Positions 28,668-36,954 of a DNA stretch of 64,000 bases are shown here, piece by piece. This DNA comes from Ferrovibrio sp. GTDB taxonomy: Bacteria; Pseudomonadota; Alphaproteobacteria; Ferrovibrionales; Ferrovibrionaceae. The stretch is taken from NCBI RefSeq assembly GCF_036381655.1, contig NZ_DASVCJ010000020.1:21484-85483 (forward strand), in the 5' to 3' direction. Both the position numbers and the translations under genes were made by a program. The notes below the pieces were generated by a model that was given only the letters and a program-made list of their open reading frames with translations, ran no database searches and was not told the origin of the DNA. Numbering within the stretch: the first letter of the stretch is position 1; each line of letters opens with the position of its first letter.

Positions 28668-29476
28668 TCACTCTCCGGCTTGGCGTGCACTTGGCGGCGC
28701 GGTCGGCTGAACCACTGCAGCGCAATCAGCAGCGGCACGATCATCAGGAAGAAAACCAGGGTATAGGCGCTGCCGACCTCGAGGCGCAGCGAGGCATAGG
28801 CATCGGCGAGGCCGACCGGCAGCGTCTTGGTCAGCGGCGTATGCAGCAGCCAGGTCATGTTGAACTCGCCGACCGACAAGGTCACCACCATGAGCGCGCC
28901 GGCGAGAATCCCGTTGCGGCAATTGGGCAGCACCACGGTGAAGAAGCGGGTCCAGAAGCCGGCGCCGAGCGAGGCGGCGCCTTCCTCCAGCGTCTGCAGG
29001 TCGATGGCGCTGAGCACCGCCAGCACCGAACGCACCATGAAGGGCAGCGTGAACAGCACATGGCCGACCAGAATGAAGGTCCACGACGTGCGGAAGCCGG
29101 ACAGGCCGCCATAGGCGACGATCAGCGCAAGCGCCGTGGCAAGGCCGGGAATCGCCACCGGCATCACCATCAGTTCCTCGATGGCGCGGGCGAGCGCGTT
29201 CTGCCGCTTGGCCAGCACGTAGGCGGCCGGTATGCCGAGGAGCAGCGTGCAGACCAGGCAGGCCAGCGCAATGCCGATCGAGCGGAAGATGGTGTCGCTG
29301 TAGCCCGCCCAGACCTGGCCGACCCAGCGCAGCGTGAAGCCGCTGGACAGGCCGGTGAAATAATTGTTGGTGACGCCGGCGAGGATGGACAGGATCACCG
29401 GCACGATCAGGAAGGCGCAGACCAGCAGGGTGAAGCCGAGCTGCAGCCAGAACAGGATGCCGCGTTTCTGAGCCAT
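28664..29476 (-). CDS. ABC transporter permease
   Basis: LEEGAASLGAG EAA loop; start 29476 after GGAGGG SD. Confidence 0.9.
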   Translation of the reverse strand: MAQKRGILFWLQLGFTLLVCAFLIVPVILSILAGVTNNYFTGLSSGFTLRWVGQVWAGYSDTIFRSIGIALACLVCTLLLGIPAAYVLAKRQNALARAIEELMVMPVAIPGLATALALIVAYGGLSGFRTSWTFILVGHVLFTLPFMVRSVLAVLSAIDLQTLEEGAASLGAGFWTRFFTVVLPNCRNGILAGALMVVTLSVGEFNMTWLLHTPLTKTLPVGLADAYASLRLEVGSAYTLVFFLMIVPLLIALQWFSRPRRQVHAKPESE

Positions 29477-29487
29477 GCCGCCCTCCC

Positions 29488-30327
29488 TCAACCGGCCGCC
29501 GCGACGGAGGAGCCGGCCGCCGTCCGCGCCAGCGCCAGCACCGCCCAGGTCACCGCGCCGAGCACGAAGCTGAGCGCGGCCGCCATGGCGATGTTCGCCG
29601 ACAGGGTGAATTCGGTATAGATCGTCATCGGCAGCACATTGATGCGAGTGGCCAGCGTGAAAGCCGTGCCGAAGGCGCCCACGGCGGTGGCGAAGCAGAT
29701 CGCGCCGGACGACAGGAAGGCCGGCTTGAGGCCCGGGATGATCACGTCGAGCACGACGCCCAGCGGCGAGGCGCCCAGCGAGCGGGCGGCCTCTTCCAGC
29801 TTGGGGTCCAGCTTCTCGGTCGCGGCCATCACGGTCAGGATGACGCGCGGTATCGAAAAATAGACATAGCCGGTGAACAGCCCGGCCATCGAATAGGCGA
29901 AGACCAGCTTGTCGGCGCCCAGCATCTGGCTGATATCGCCGAGCAGGCCCTGACGGCCGGCCAGCATGATCACCATGAAGCCGACGACGACGCCGGGAAA
30001 GGCGAGCGGGAAGGTCAGCATCGCCACCAGGGCGGCGTTGCCGGGAAACTTGTGGCGCTGCAGGAATACGCCGGCGATGCCGCTGATGACGAGCGTGGCG
30101 GCCGTCGTGGCGGCGGCGACGCCGAGGGTGGCGAGCAGCGAGCCGAAATAATTCGCGTTGGTGACGATGGTGGCATAGGCGGCCCAGCCGAGCGTGCCGC
30201 TGCCGCCGATCAGGAACAGCCGCACCATCGGCAGCAGAAAGAAGGCGGCGAAGAAGATACCGGCCGGCAGCATCAGGGCCACCAGCATCGGGGTATCGCG
30301 CTGCATCTTTCCTGGTTTCGCCGGCAT
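29488..30327 (-). CDS. ABC transporter permease
   Basis: LEEAARSLGAS EAA loop; AGGAG SD before ATG 30327. Confidence 0.9.
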   Translation of the reverse strand: MPAKPGKMQRDTPMLVALMLPAGIFFAAFFLLPMVRLFLIGGSGTLGWAAYATIVTNANYFGSLLATLGVAAATTAATLVISGIAGVFLQRHKFPGNAALVAMLTFPLAFPGVVVGFMVIMLAGRQGLLGDISQMLGADKLVFAYSMAGLFTGYVYFSIPRVILTVMAATEKLDPKLEEAARSLGASPLGVVLDVIIPGLKPAFLSSGAICFATAVGAFGTAFTLATRINVLPMTIYTEFTLSANIAMAAALSFVLGAVTWAVLALARTAAGSSVAAAG

Positions 30328-30347
30328 CGTCGCTCCTGACTGTAGGG

Positions 30348-30379
30348 AAAAAGCGGGGCGATGGCTGGCCATCGCCCCG
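30348..30379 (-). terminator. Hairpin with U-tract between SBP and permease genes
   Basis: CGGGGCGATGGC/GCCATCGCCCCG 12-bp stem; A5 on + strand gives the U-tract on - strand. Confidence 0.7.
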
Positions 30380-30421
30380 TCCGGTTCAACTACCCGGTAC
30401 TTCCGAGCATGCCCCGACGGC

Positions 30422-31432
30422 TCAGTGCACTTCGGCGCCGTAGCGGTCGACGATCGCCTTCTGCGCCGCGGCCAGCTTCTTCAGGTCGACCGCCTTGGCA
30501 CGGGCATATTCCGACGCGGGCAGGAATTTCGCCTTCGCCTCGGGCGACAGCTTGTCGGCAAAGACGGGGCGCAGGAAGGCATTGCCCCACATCGCCTGGC
30601 TCTTATCCGACAGCACGAAGTCGAGCACCTTCTTGCCGGCTTCGGCATGCGGCGCCTTGTTCACCAGGCCCATCACATAGGGGAAGGTCAGGGTGCCTTC
30701 CTTGGGGATGACGAATTCGACGGGCGCCTTGTCGATATACTGGCCGCGATAGGCGTTGAAATCGTAATCCATCAGGATCGGAATCTCGCCCGAGATGACG
30801 CGGGCATAGGAGGTCTGCTTCGGCACGATCGGATCGTTCTTGGCCAGCTCCTTGAAATACTTGATCGCCGGATCGAGGTTGTCGTAGGTGCCGCCGAGCG
30901 CGAGGTTCACCGCCATCACGCCGAGCTGGCCGACCGAGGCCGAGGTCGGATCGAGATAGCCGACCATGCCTTTGTATTCCGGCTTCAGCAGGTCGGCCCA
31001 GCTCTTCGGCACCGGCTTCTTGCCGAGCGCCGCCTTGTTGACGAACAGGCCGAGCGTGCCCGAATGGATGGTGAACCAGTAGCCGTCCGGATCCTTCAGG
31101 TCGGCGGGGATCTTGTCCCACCCCTTCGGCTTGTAGGGCATCAGCACGCCGGCATCCTTGGCCGGATCGGCGACGATGCCGCCCAGATAGGTCACGTCGG
31201 CGACCGGATTGGCCTTCTCGGCGATCAGCGCCGCCATCGCCTGGCCGGAATTCTTGTTGTCCGGCGGAACGGTGATGTTCAGCGTTTCCTGGATCGCCTT
31301 GAGCTGCGAGCCCCAATCGGCCCATTGCGGCGGGCAATTGTAGCAGATGGCGGCCTCGCCGGCTTGCGCCTGCGCGGTTCCGAACAGCATCGACGCGCCG
31401 AGCGCCGCGCCAAGCATTACACGTTTCATCAT
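30422..31432 (-). CDS. ABC substrate-binding protein (PotD/AfuA-like)
   Basis: Sec signal MMKRVMLGAALGASMLFGTAQAQA; AICYNCPPQWADW and DLLKPEYKGMVGYLDP motifs. Confidence 0.92.
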   Translation of the reverse strand: MMKRVMLGAALGASMLFGTAQAQAGEAAICYNCPPQWADWGSQLKAIQETLNITVPPDNKNSGQAMAALIAEKANPVADVTYLGGIVADPAKDAGVLMPYKPKGWDKIPADLKDPDGYWFTIHSGTLGLFVNKAALGKKPVPKSWADLLKPEYKGMVGYLDPTSASVGQLGVMAVNLALGGTYDNLDPAIKYFKELAKNDPIVPKQTSYARVISGEIPILMDYDFNAYRGQYIDKAPVEFVIPKEGTLTFPYVMGLVNKAPHAEAGKKVLDFVLSDKSQAMWGNAFLRPVFADKLSPEAKAKFLPASEYARAKAVDLKKLAAAQKAIVDRYGAEVH

Positions 31433-31434
31433 GA

Positions 31435-32268
31435 TCACCCTCTCCTGCCGGTTGGCTGTGCTGCGTTGGAAGAGTCGTCCGGCCAGACGACGAGACGGAC
31501 GCCGGCGGCGCGCAACATGGCGGCGATGGCGTCGGGCACCGGGCGATCCGTGAACACGGCCGTCGCCTCGGTGATCCGACCGCCGCGCACGGTGGCGCCA
31601 CGGCCGAATTTGGAATGATCGAGCACGAGGAAGCGCTGGCGGCAATGCCGCACCAGGCTCTCGCGCATATGCACTTCATCGACGCTGAAATCGAGCAGGG
31701 TGCCGTCATCGGCGACGCCGCCGACGCCGTAGATGCCGATATCGACGGAGAAGCGGCCGAAGAAGCCATGCGCCTCGCCGGCCACGACGTCGCGGTCGAG
31801 ATTGCGCAGCCGGCCGCCGGCGATGGTGATCTCGCAGGCCGGATTGCGGCTCAGGGCGATGGCGACGTTGAGGTTGTTGGTCATCACGCGCAGACCCGGA
31901 TGGTCGGCCAGTGCCAGCGCGCATTGTTCGGGCGTGGTGCCGATGCCGAAGAACAGCGAGGCATTCTCCGGCACCTCGGCGGCAACCAGCTGGGCAATCA
32001 GCCGCTTGGCCTCGATATTCAGGACCTGTCGGGCCGGATAGGCAAGATTCTCGCCGTCGGGCGGCAATTCGACGCCGCCATGGCGCCGTCGCAGCAGGCC
32101 GCGGTCGCAGAGCAGGTTGACATCCCGCCGGATGGTCTGGGGGGTGACGCCGAAACGCCCGGCAAGACCATCGATGGCCTGAAAGCCTTCGCGCCTCACG
32201 AGGTCCACGATCGCTCGGGCGCGGTCATCCGCTGGCAGCATCCCCGTTCCGTCCGTTTCCTGTCCCAT
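31435..32268 (-). CDS. DeoR/GlpR-family transcriptional regulator
   Basis: FGVTPQTIRRDVNLL HTH, RRRHGGV, FFGIGTT, VMTNNL and LDHSKFGR motifs; start uncertain (32241, 32268 or 32304). Confidence 0.9.
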   Translation of the reverse strand: MGQETDGTGMLPADDRARAIVDLVRREGFQAIDGLAGRFGVTPQTIRRDVNLLCDRGLLRRRHGGVELPPDGENLAYPARQVLNIEAKRLIAQLVAAEVPENASLFFGIGTTPEQCALALADHPGLRVMTNNLNVAIALSRNPACEITIAGGRLRNLDRDVVAGEAHGFFGRFSVDIGIYGVGGVADDGTLLDFSVDEVHMRESLVRHCRQRFLVLDHSKFGRGATVRGGRITEATAVFTDRPVPDAIAAMLRAAGVRLVVWPDDSSNAAQPTGRRG

Positions 32269-32287
32269 CCGGCTGTCCGACGTCTGA

Positions 32288-32305
32288 GATGTTCGTTCGA
32301 ACATC
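32288..32305. promoter_or_regulatory. 18-bp palindromic operator, GlpR-like half-sites
   Basis: GATGTTCG-TT-CGAACATC directly upstream of the DeoR/GlpR gene. Confidence 0.65.
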
Positions 32306-32491
32306 AGCGGCGGTTGTTTCCGGTGATGCGACTTTCACATGAAAATTCCCTGTCGTCAAATGAACGCGCTTAAGTGGAGGCGGCCGCCCCGGACGACAAC
32401 TGGAGGGCCCCGTTCCGGGGCGATTGCAGCCGGCATGGCTGCGGCGGGGCGGGAGATGAAAGATCCGGCGCCGCGGGCCGGCGGGGTTGCC

Positions 32492-33721
32492 CTAGACGGC
32501 GGCGGCCAGCCGGCCGCGCCACTGGCGGCGCAGCAGCACAAACGCGATCGCCATGTTGGCGATATTCCACAAAATGCCGTTGAGCAGCGCCGCCTGATAC
32601 GAGCCGGTGAGATCGTAGATCGCGCCCGACATCCAGCCGCCCAGGGCCATGCCGGCCATGGTGGCCGAGATCGTCAGGCTGACGCGGAAACCGGCCTGGC
32701 TGGCCGGAAACAGCTCGCGGACGATGAAGGCATAGCTCGGCACGATGCCGCCCTGCACCAGGCCGAAGATCGCCGAGATGACATAGAGCGACATCAGGCC
32801 GTCGAAGGGCAGATACAGCGCCAGCGCCATGGCCTGCAGGGTCGAGCCGAGCAGCAGCGTCGGCAATCCGCCGATGCGGTCGAGGATCCAGCCCGATGTC
32901 AGCCGGCTGACGATGCCGAAGCCCAGCATCAGCGACAGCATCTGCGCGCCGCGCGCCGGGCCGTAGCCGAGATCGACGCAGTAGGCGACGATATGCACCT
33001 GCGGCATCGACATCGCCACGCAGCAGCCCAGTCCCGCCAGCACCAGCAGGCCCTGTACCAGTTGCGGCGGCCATCCGAGCGGCCGGCTGCCGAAGGCCGG
33101 CTGACCGGCATCGGCGCTGACCGGCGCCGGCTGGATGGTGGCGCGCCGGCGCAGCACCAGCAGCAGCAGCGGCATGGTGACGAGGCAGAAGATGGCGATG
33201 CCGATATGCGTCGCGCGCCAGCCGGCCTGGGCGATGAAATGCTCGATCACCGGCGGCCAGAGCGTGCCGGCGAAATAATTGCCGGCGGCGGCGAGGCCGA
33301 TGGCGAGGCCGCGCCGCGCCGAGAACCAGTGCGAGATATCCGCCATCAGGGGCGCGAACATCGCCGCGCCGCCCAGTCCGACCAGGGCGCCATAGAGCAG
33401 CGCGAAGGAGACGATGCCCGGCGCAAAAGCCGTGGCGAAATAGCCGGCGGCGAGAAGCACCACGGCGCCCATCGCCGGCAGCATGAGGCCGAAACGGTCG
33501 GAGAGGCGGCCGATCACGACCGTGCCGCACATAAATCCGATCATCGTTGCCGTGTAGGGCAGCGATGCCTCGCCGCGGTCGACGCCGAATTCCGCCTGCA
33601 CGGCGGGCATGGCCACGACGATCGACCACATGCCGACGCCGCCGATGGTGCCCAGGGCGACGCTGGCGGCCAGCCGCGCCCAGGCATAGGGCGATTCGAT
33701 CTCGCGCGCGGCCATGCTCAT
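32492..33721 (-). CDS. MFS transporter
   Basis: About 12 hydrophobic segments; GRLSDRFG and GWILDRIG motif-A loops. Confidence 0.92.
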   Translation of the reverse strand: MSMAAREIESPYAWARLAASVALGTIGGVGMWSIVVAMPAVQAEFGVDRGEASLPYTATMIGFMCGTVVIGRLSDRFGLMLPAMGAVVLLAAGYFATAFAPGIVSFALLYGALVGLGGAAMFAPLMADISHWFSARRGLAIGLAAAGNYFAGTLWPPVIEHFIAQAGWRATHIGIAIFCLVTMPLLLLVLRRRATIQPAPVSADAGQPAFGSRPLGWPPQLVQGLLVLAGLGCCVAMSMPQVHIVAYCVDLGYGPARGAQMLSLMLGFGIVSRLTSGWILDRIGGLPTLLLGSTLQAMALALYLPFDGLMSLYVISAIFGLVQGGIVPSYAFIVRELFPASQAGFRVSLTISATMAGMALGGWMSGAIYDLTGSYQAALLNGILWNIANMAIAFVLLRRQWRGRLAAAV

Positions 33722-33733
33722 CGCCGTGGCGGC

Positions 33734-34066
33734 TCAGTCGACGATGAAAAGCTTGGCGCCGGCCGGGCCGGTGCGCGAGCGGTGCGGCTCGGCATTGTCG
33801 GCGACCTGATAGCTCTGGCCGGGCTTGAGCGTGAAAACGCGGCCGTCCTTGAGCTCGGTGACGAGTTCGCCTTCCAGCACGAAAAGGATATGGCCCTTCT
33901 GGCACCAGTGATCGGCCAGATAATGCGGCGAATATTCCACCAGGCGCACGCGGATCGCGTCGAAATTCTGGGTACGCCACAGCGCCTCGCCGGTCTCGCC
34001 GGGATGGCGGGTCGGCGCCACCTTGGACCAGTCGGTGGTGCCAAACGGGATATTGGACATTTGCAT
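33734..34066 (-). CDS. DHCW-motif cupin fold protein
   Basis: YLADHWCQKGHILFVLEGEL and YQVADNAEPHRS motifs. Confidence 0.9.
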   Translation of the reverse strand: MQMSNIPFGTTDWSKVAPTRHPGETGEALWRTQNFDAIRVRLVEYSPHYLADHWCQKGHILFVLEGELVTELKDGRVFTLKPGQSYQVADNAEPHRSRTGPAGAKLFIVD

Positions 34067-34161
34067 AGGGCGGACTCCGAAACGGACATCCTGTTCTAGG
34101 CCCGCCGGCCGGCCCTGGCCAGCCTTGAATTGTGTCGGGACAATCTTGCGGAAAACCGGCT

Positions 34162-34614
34162 TCAGTGGCTGCCGATCACCGCGCCGGCGATGGTGACGAG
34201 CGCGGCGCCGAGCAGGAGGATGTGCAGCCGGAACATCCGGGTGAAATCCGGCGCGGTGTTGGCGTCATGGCGGCGGCGGTGCAGAAAGAACGGCTCGACG
34301 ATGTAGAGCATCACCGCGAAGAGCAGCCACAGCCCGACCATGGCATGCATCCACCAGAAGCCGGGTTCGCTGAAGCGGTACCACAGCGCGCCATTGCGCA
34401 GCATCCACAGGCCGCTCAGGCCGGCGAGGGCGACGGCCCAGCGGGCGATGCGGCTGAACGGGCCTTCGATGGCTTCGAACAGGGCGCGCTTCTGCGCCAT
34501 TGTCGGCTGGCGGCGCGCCAGCGGCAGGCCGATCAGGGTGACGAAGGCCACCCCGCCGATCCAGATCACGATCGACAGAACATGCAGGGCACGGGCGATG
34601 AGAAGATCGTTCAT
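34162..34614 (-). CDS. Four-TM hypothetical membrane protein (CopD-like N-terminus)
   Basis: ARALHVLSIVIWIGG, GLSGLWM, WWMHAM and MFRLH hydrophobic His-containing helices. Confidence 0.75.
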   Translation of the reverse strand: MNDLLIARALHVLSIVIWIGGVAFVTLIGLPLARRQPTMAQKRALFEAIEGPFSRIARWAVALAGLSGLWMLRNGALWYRFSEPGFWWMHAMVGLWLLFAVMLYIVEPFFLHRRRHDANTAPDFTRMFRLHILLLGAALVTIAGAVIGSH

Positions 34615-34686
34615 CGGCGATAGATTAGACGACTCTGCCAAGCCGCAATTTGAGGGAAATCAAGTTGGCATTCTTTAGATGCCGGC

Positions 34687-35172
34687 CTAACTACCGGGGA
34701 CTGGCTGCTTTACGCCGGACGTCGCCGTGGCTTTCCCTGCCGCAACGAGCGCCTTTCGCATGTTTTCGTCTTCGATAAACTGTTGCATTACGTTCGTCAG
34801 GGCGTCTTCCAAGGCGACTTTTGCATTACTGCCTGTCGCCATTTGAATATTCCTGTTCATACCTACGCCCCTGCAGCCGCGACTATAGATATAAGAGCCG
34901 TCGGAGCGGGTTACAGTAAAATTGAAGGCAACCTCAGCAACAGCATCACCGGAGAAGAAGCCGTTTTTAAAATCATTGCAGAAAGTCTGCAATTCGATCT
35001 TAGCCTGCAACCCACCTGGGCCGACTTTAAAACCTAGCGACTCAAGCTCATGCTCGACCGCCTTTTGCATCAAGACAACAATGTCATTCTCCGCCTTAAT
35101 GGGCGCGGTCTCTATGCCATAGCCATTCTTTTTGCTGCTGATTCGGTCTTTATTCGAAGCACGTCCGTCCAC
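34687..35172 (-). pseudogene. AT-rich, N-terminally truncated YajG-like lipoprotein remnant
   Basis: Visibly AT-richer than flanks; RISSKKNGYGIE...FCNDFKNGFFSGDAVAEV; in-frame TGA stops just upstream, no signal peptide or lipobox. Confidence 0.55.
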
Positions 35173-35251
35173 AGGCCTTCAAGCTGATCAACGCGCTGCG
35201 CCTGTTTTATTATATAATTCGCTCATCGAGAACAACTCTAAAAAGAATTAA

Positions 35252-36406
35252 TCACCACCCCATCTGACGGCTCGCCAGATCCTTCATGATCTCCTCGGTG
35301 CCGCCGCCGATCGCATTGACCTTCACCTCTCGGTAGATGCGTTCGGACTTGCAGCCGCGCATGTAGCCGGCGCCGCCGAGAATCTGCACGGCCTCCGAGG
35401 CGCAGAAGGCCAGGGTCTGCGTCGCCTGGTTCTTCAGCATGCACAATTCGGCGATCGGGCTTTCGCCCTGATCGAGCGCCCAGGCGATGCGTTCCAGCAT
35501 CGCCTGCGATGCCGCGAGGCGCTGCGCCATGTCGACCAGCTTGTGGCGGATCACCTGATGCCGGATCAGCGGCTGGCCGAAGGTCTCGCGCAGCTTCGCG
35601 TAATCCAGCGCCTCCTCGTAGGCGGTGCGGGCGAAACCGATGGCCGAGGCGGCCAGGCCGAGCCGTTCGTCGTTGAAGTTGAGCATGATGCCGCGGAAGC
35701 CAGCATTCTCCTCGCCGATCAGGTTCTCGGCCGGCACGCGGCAATCGTCGAAATGCAGGCTGGCCGTATCGGAGGCCCACCAGCCCATCTTCTTGAGCGG
35801 CGTGCGCGAAAAGCCGGGCGTATCGCGCTCGATCAGCAGCAGCGAGATGCCGCCCATGCCGGGCCCGCCGGTGCGCACCGCCACGGTATAGAAATCGGCG
35901 CGCAGGCCGGAGGTGATGAAGGTCTTCTCGCCGCGCACGATATAATGGTCGCCGCCGGCGTCATGTACGCGTTTCGCCGTGGTCTTCAGATTGGCCACAT
36001 CCGAGCCGCCGCCCGGCTCGGTGATCGCCAGGGCGGAGATCTTCTCGCCGGCCAGCACCGGGCGCAGCACCCTGTCCTTCAGGCGCTCCGAGCCGAGCCT
36101 GGCGATCGGCGGCGCGCCGATGGTGTGGCTCATCAGCGAGGCGGCGACGCCGCCGGCGCCCGCCCGCGCCAGTTCCTGGCTGGCGATGATGGCGTAGAAG
36201 CGGTCGGCCGCGATGCCGCCATAGGCTTCCGGGAAGTTCAGCTGCAGCAGCCCGACCGCGGCGGCTTTGCGGTAAAGCGCGCGCGGAAATTCGCCCGCTT
36301 CGTCCCAGGCATCGGCGTAAGGCGCGATCTCCTTCTCCACGAAGCGGCGCAGCTGCGCGCGGAAAGCCTCGTGTTCGGGCGTGTAATAGGGCGATCTGGC
36401 CAGCAT
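35252..36406 (-). CDS. Acyl-CoA dehydrogenase
   Basis: LAITEPGGGSDVA, GEKTFITSG, NFNDERL and NAIGGGTEEIM motifs. Confidence 0.96.
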   Translation of the reverse strand: MLARSPYYTPEHEAFRAQLRRFVEKEIAPYADAWDEAGEFPRALYRKAAAVGLLQLNFPEAYGGIAADRFYAIIASQELARAGAGGVAASLMSHTIGAPPIARLGSERLKDRVLRPVLAGEKISALAITEPGGGSDVANLKTTAKRVHDAGGDHYIVRGEKTFITSGLRADFYTVAVRTGGPGMGGISLLLIERDTPGFSRTPLKKMGWWASDTASLHFDDCRVPAENLIGEENAGFRGIMLNFNDERLGLAASAIGFARTAYEEALDYAKLRETFGQPLIRHQVIRHKLVDMAQRLAASQAMLERIAWALDQGESPIAELCMLKNQATQTLAFCASEAVQILGGAGYMRGCKSERIYREVKVNAIGGGTEEIMKDLASRQMGW

Positions 36407-36408
36407 GC

Positions 36409-36954
36409 TCAGCCGCCATTATTCGCCTGCGGCGGACGCAGGCGGGCCATGATGACGATGTCGTCGTAATGCTGGTCCAGCTTGCGGGCGCGCACGCGCA
36501 CGCCCTCGGTGACGAAGCCGAACTTGCGATAGAGCGCGATCGCGCCGCTGTTGCTGGCATAGACCTGCAATTCGATGCGCTCCAGCCCGATGCGCTGCGC
36601 CCAGTCGAAACAGACCTGCAGCATGCGCGTGCCGAGCCCCTTGCCGCGCCAGCTCTCGTCCAGCCCCATGCCGAGCTGGCCGGCATGCTGAAAGCCCGGC
36701 CGCAGCGGATTGTCCGGCGGCACATGGATGTCGCACCAGCCGATCACGGTGTCGGACGGATCGACCGCGACGACGAAGGGCAGGCCGCGCTGCACCATCG
36801 CCTTGATGAAGAATTTCGCTTCCGCCGCCGAGGGCGCCTCGGTGAAGGCCAGATACAGCCGCTCGCGCGCCACCCGATCCAGGCAGGCGCGATAGGACTC
36901 GGCATCCGCCTCGCGGATCGGCCTGATCTCGGCGGGCAACGGCTTGCCGTTCAT
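36409..36954 (-). CDS. GNAT-family N-acetyltransferase (RimJ/RimL-like)
   Basis: GMGLDESWRGKGLG acetyl-CoA motif; NSGAIALYRKFGFVTEG. Confidence 0.92.
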   Translation of the reverse strand: MNGKPLPAEIRPIREADAESYRACLDRVARERLYLAFTEAPSAAEAKFFIKAMVQRGLPFVVAVDPSDTVIGWCDIHVPPDNPLRPGFQHAGQLGMGLDESWRGKGLGTRMLQVCFDWAQRIGLERIELQVYASNSGAIALYRKFGFVTEGVRVRARKLDQHYDDIVIMARLRPPQANNGG

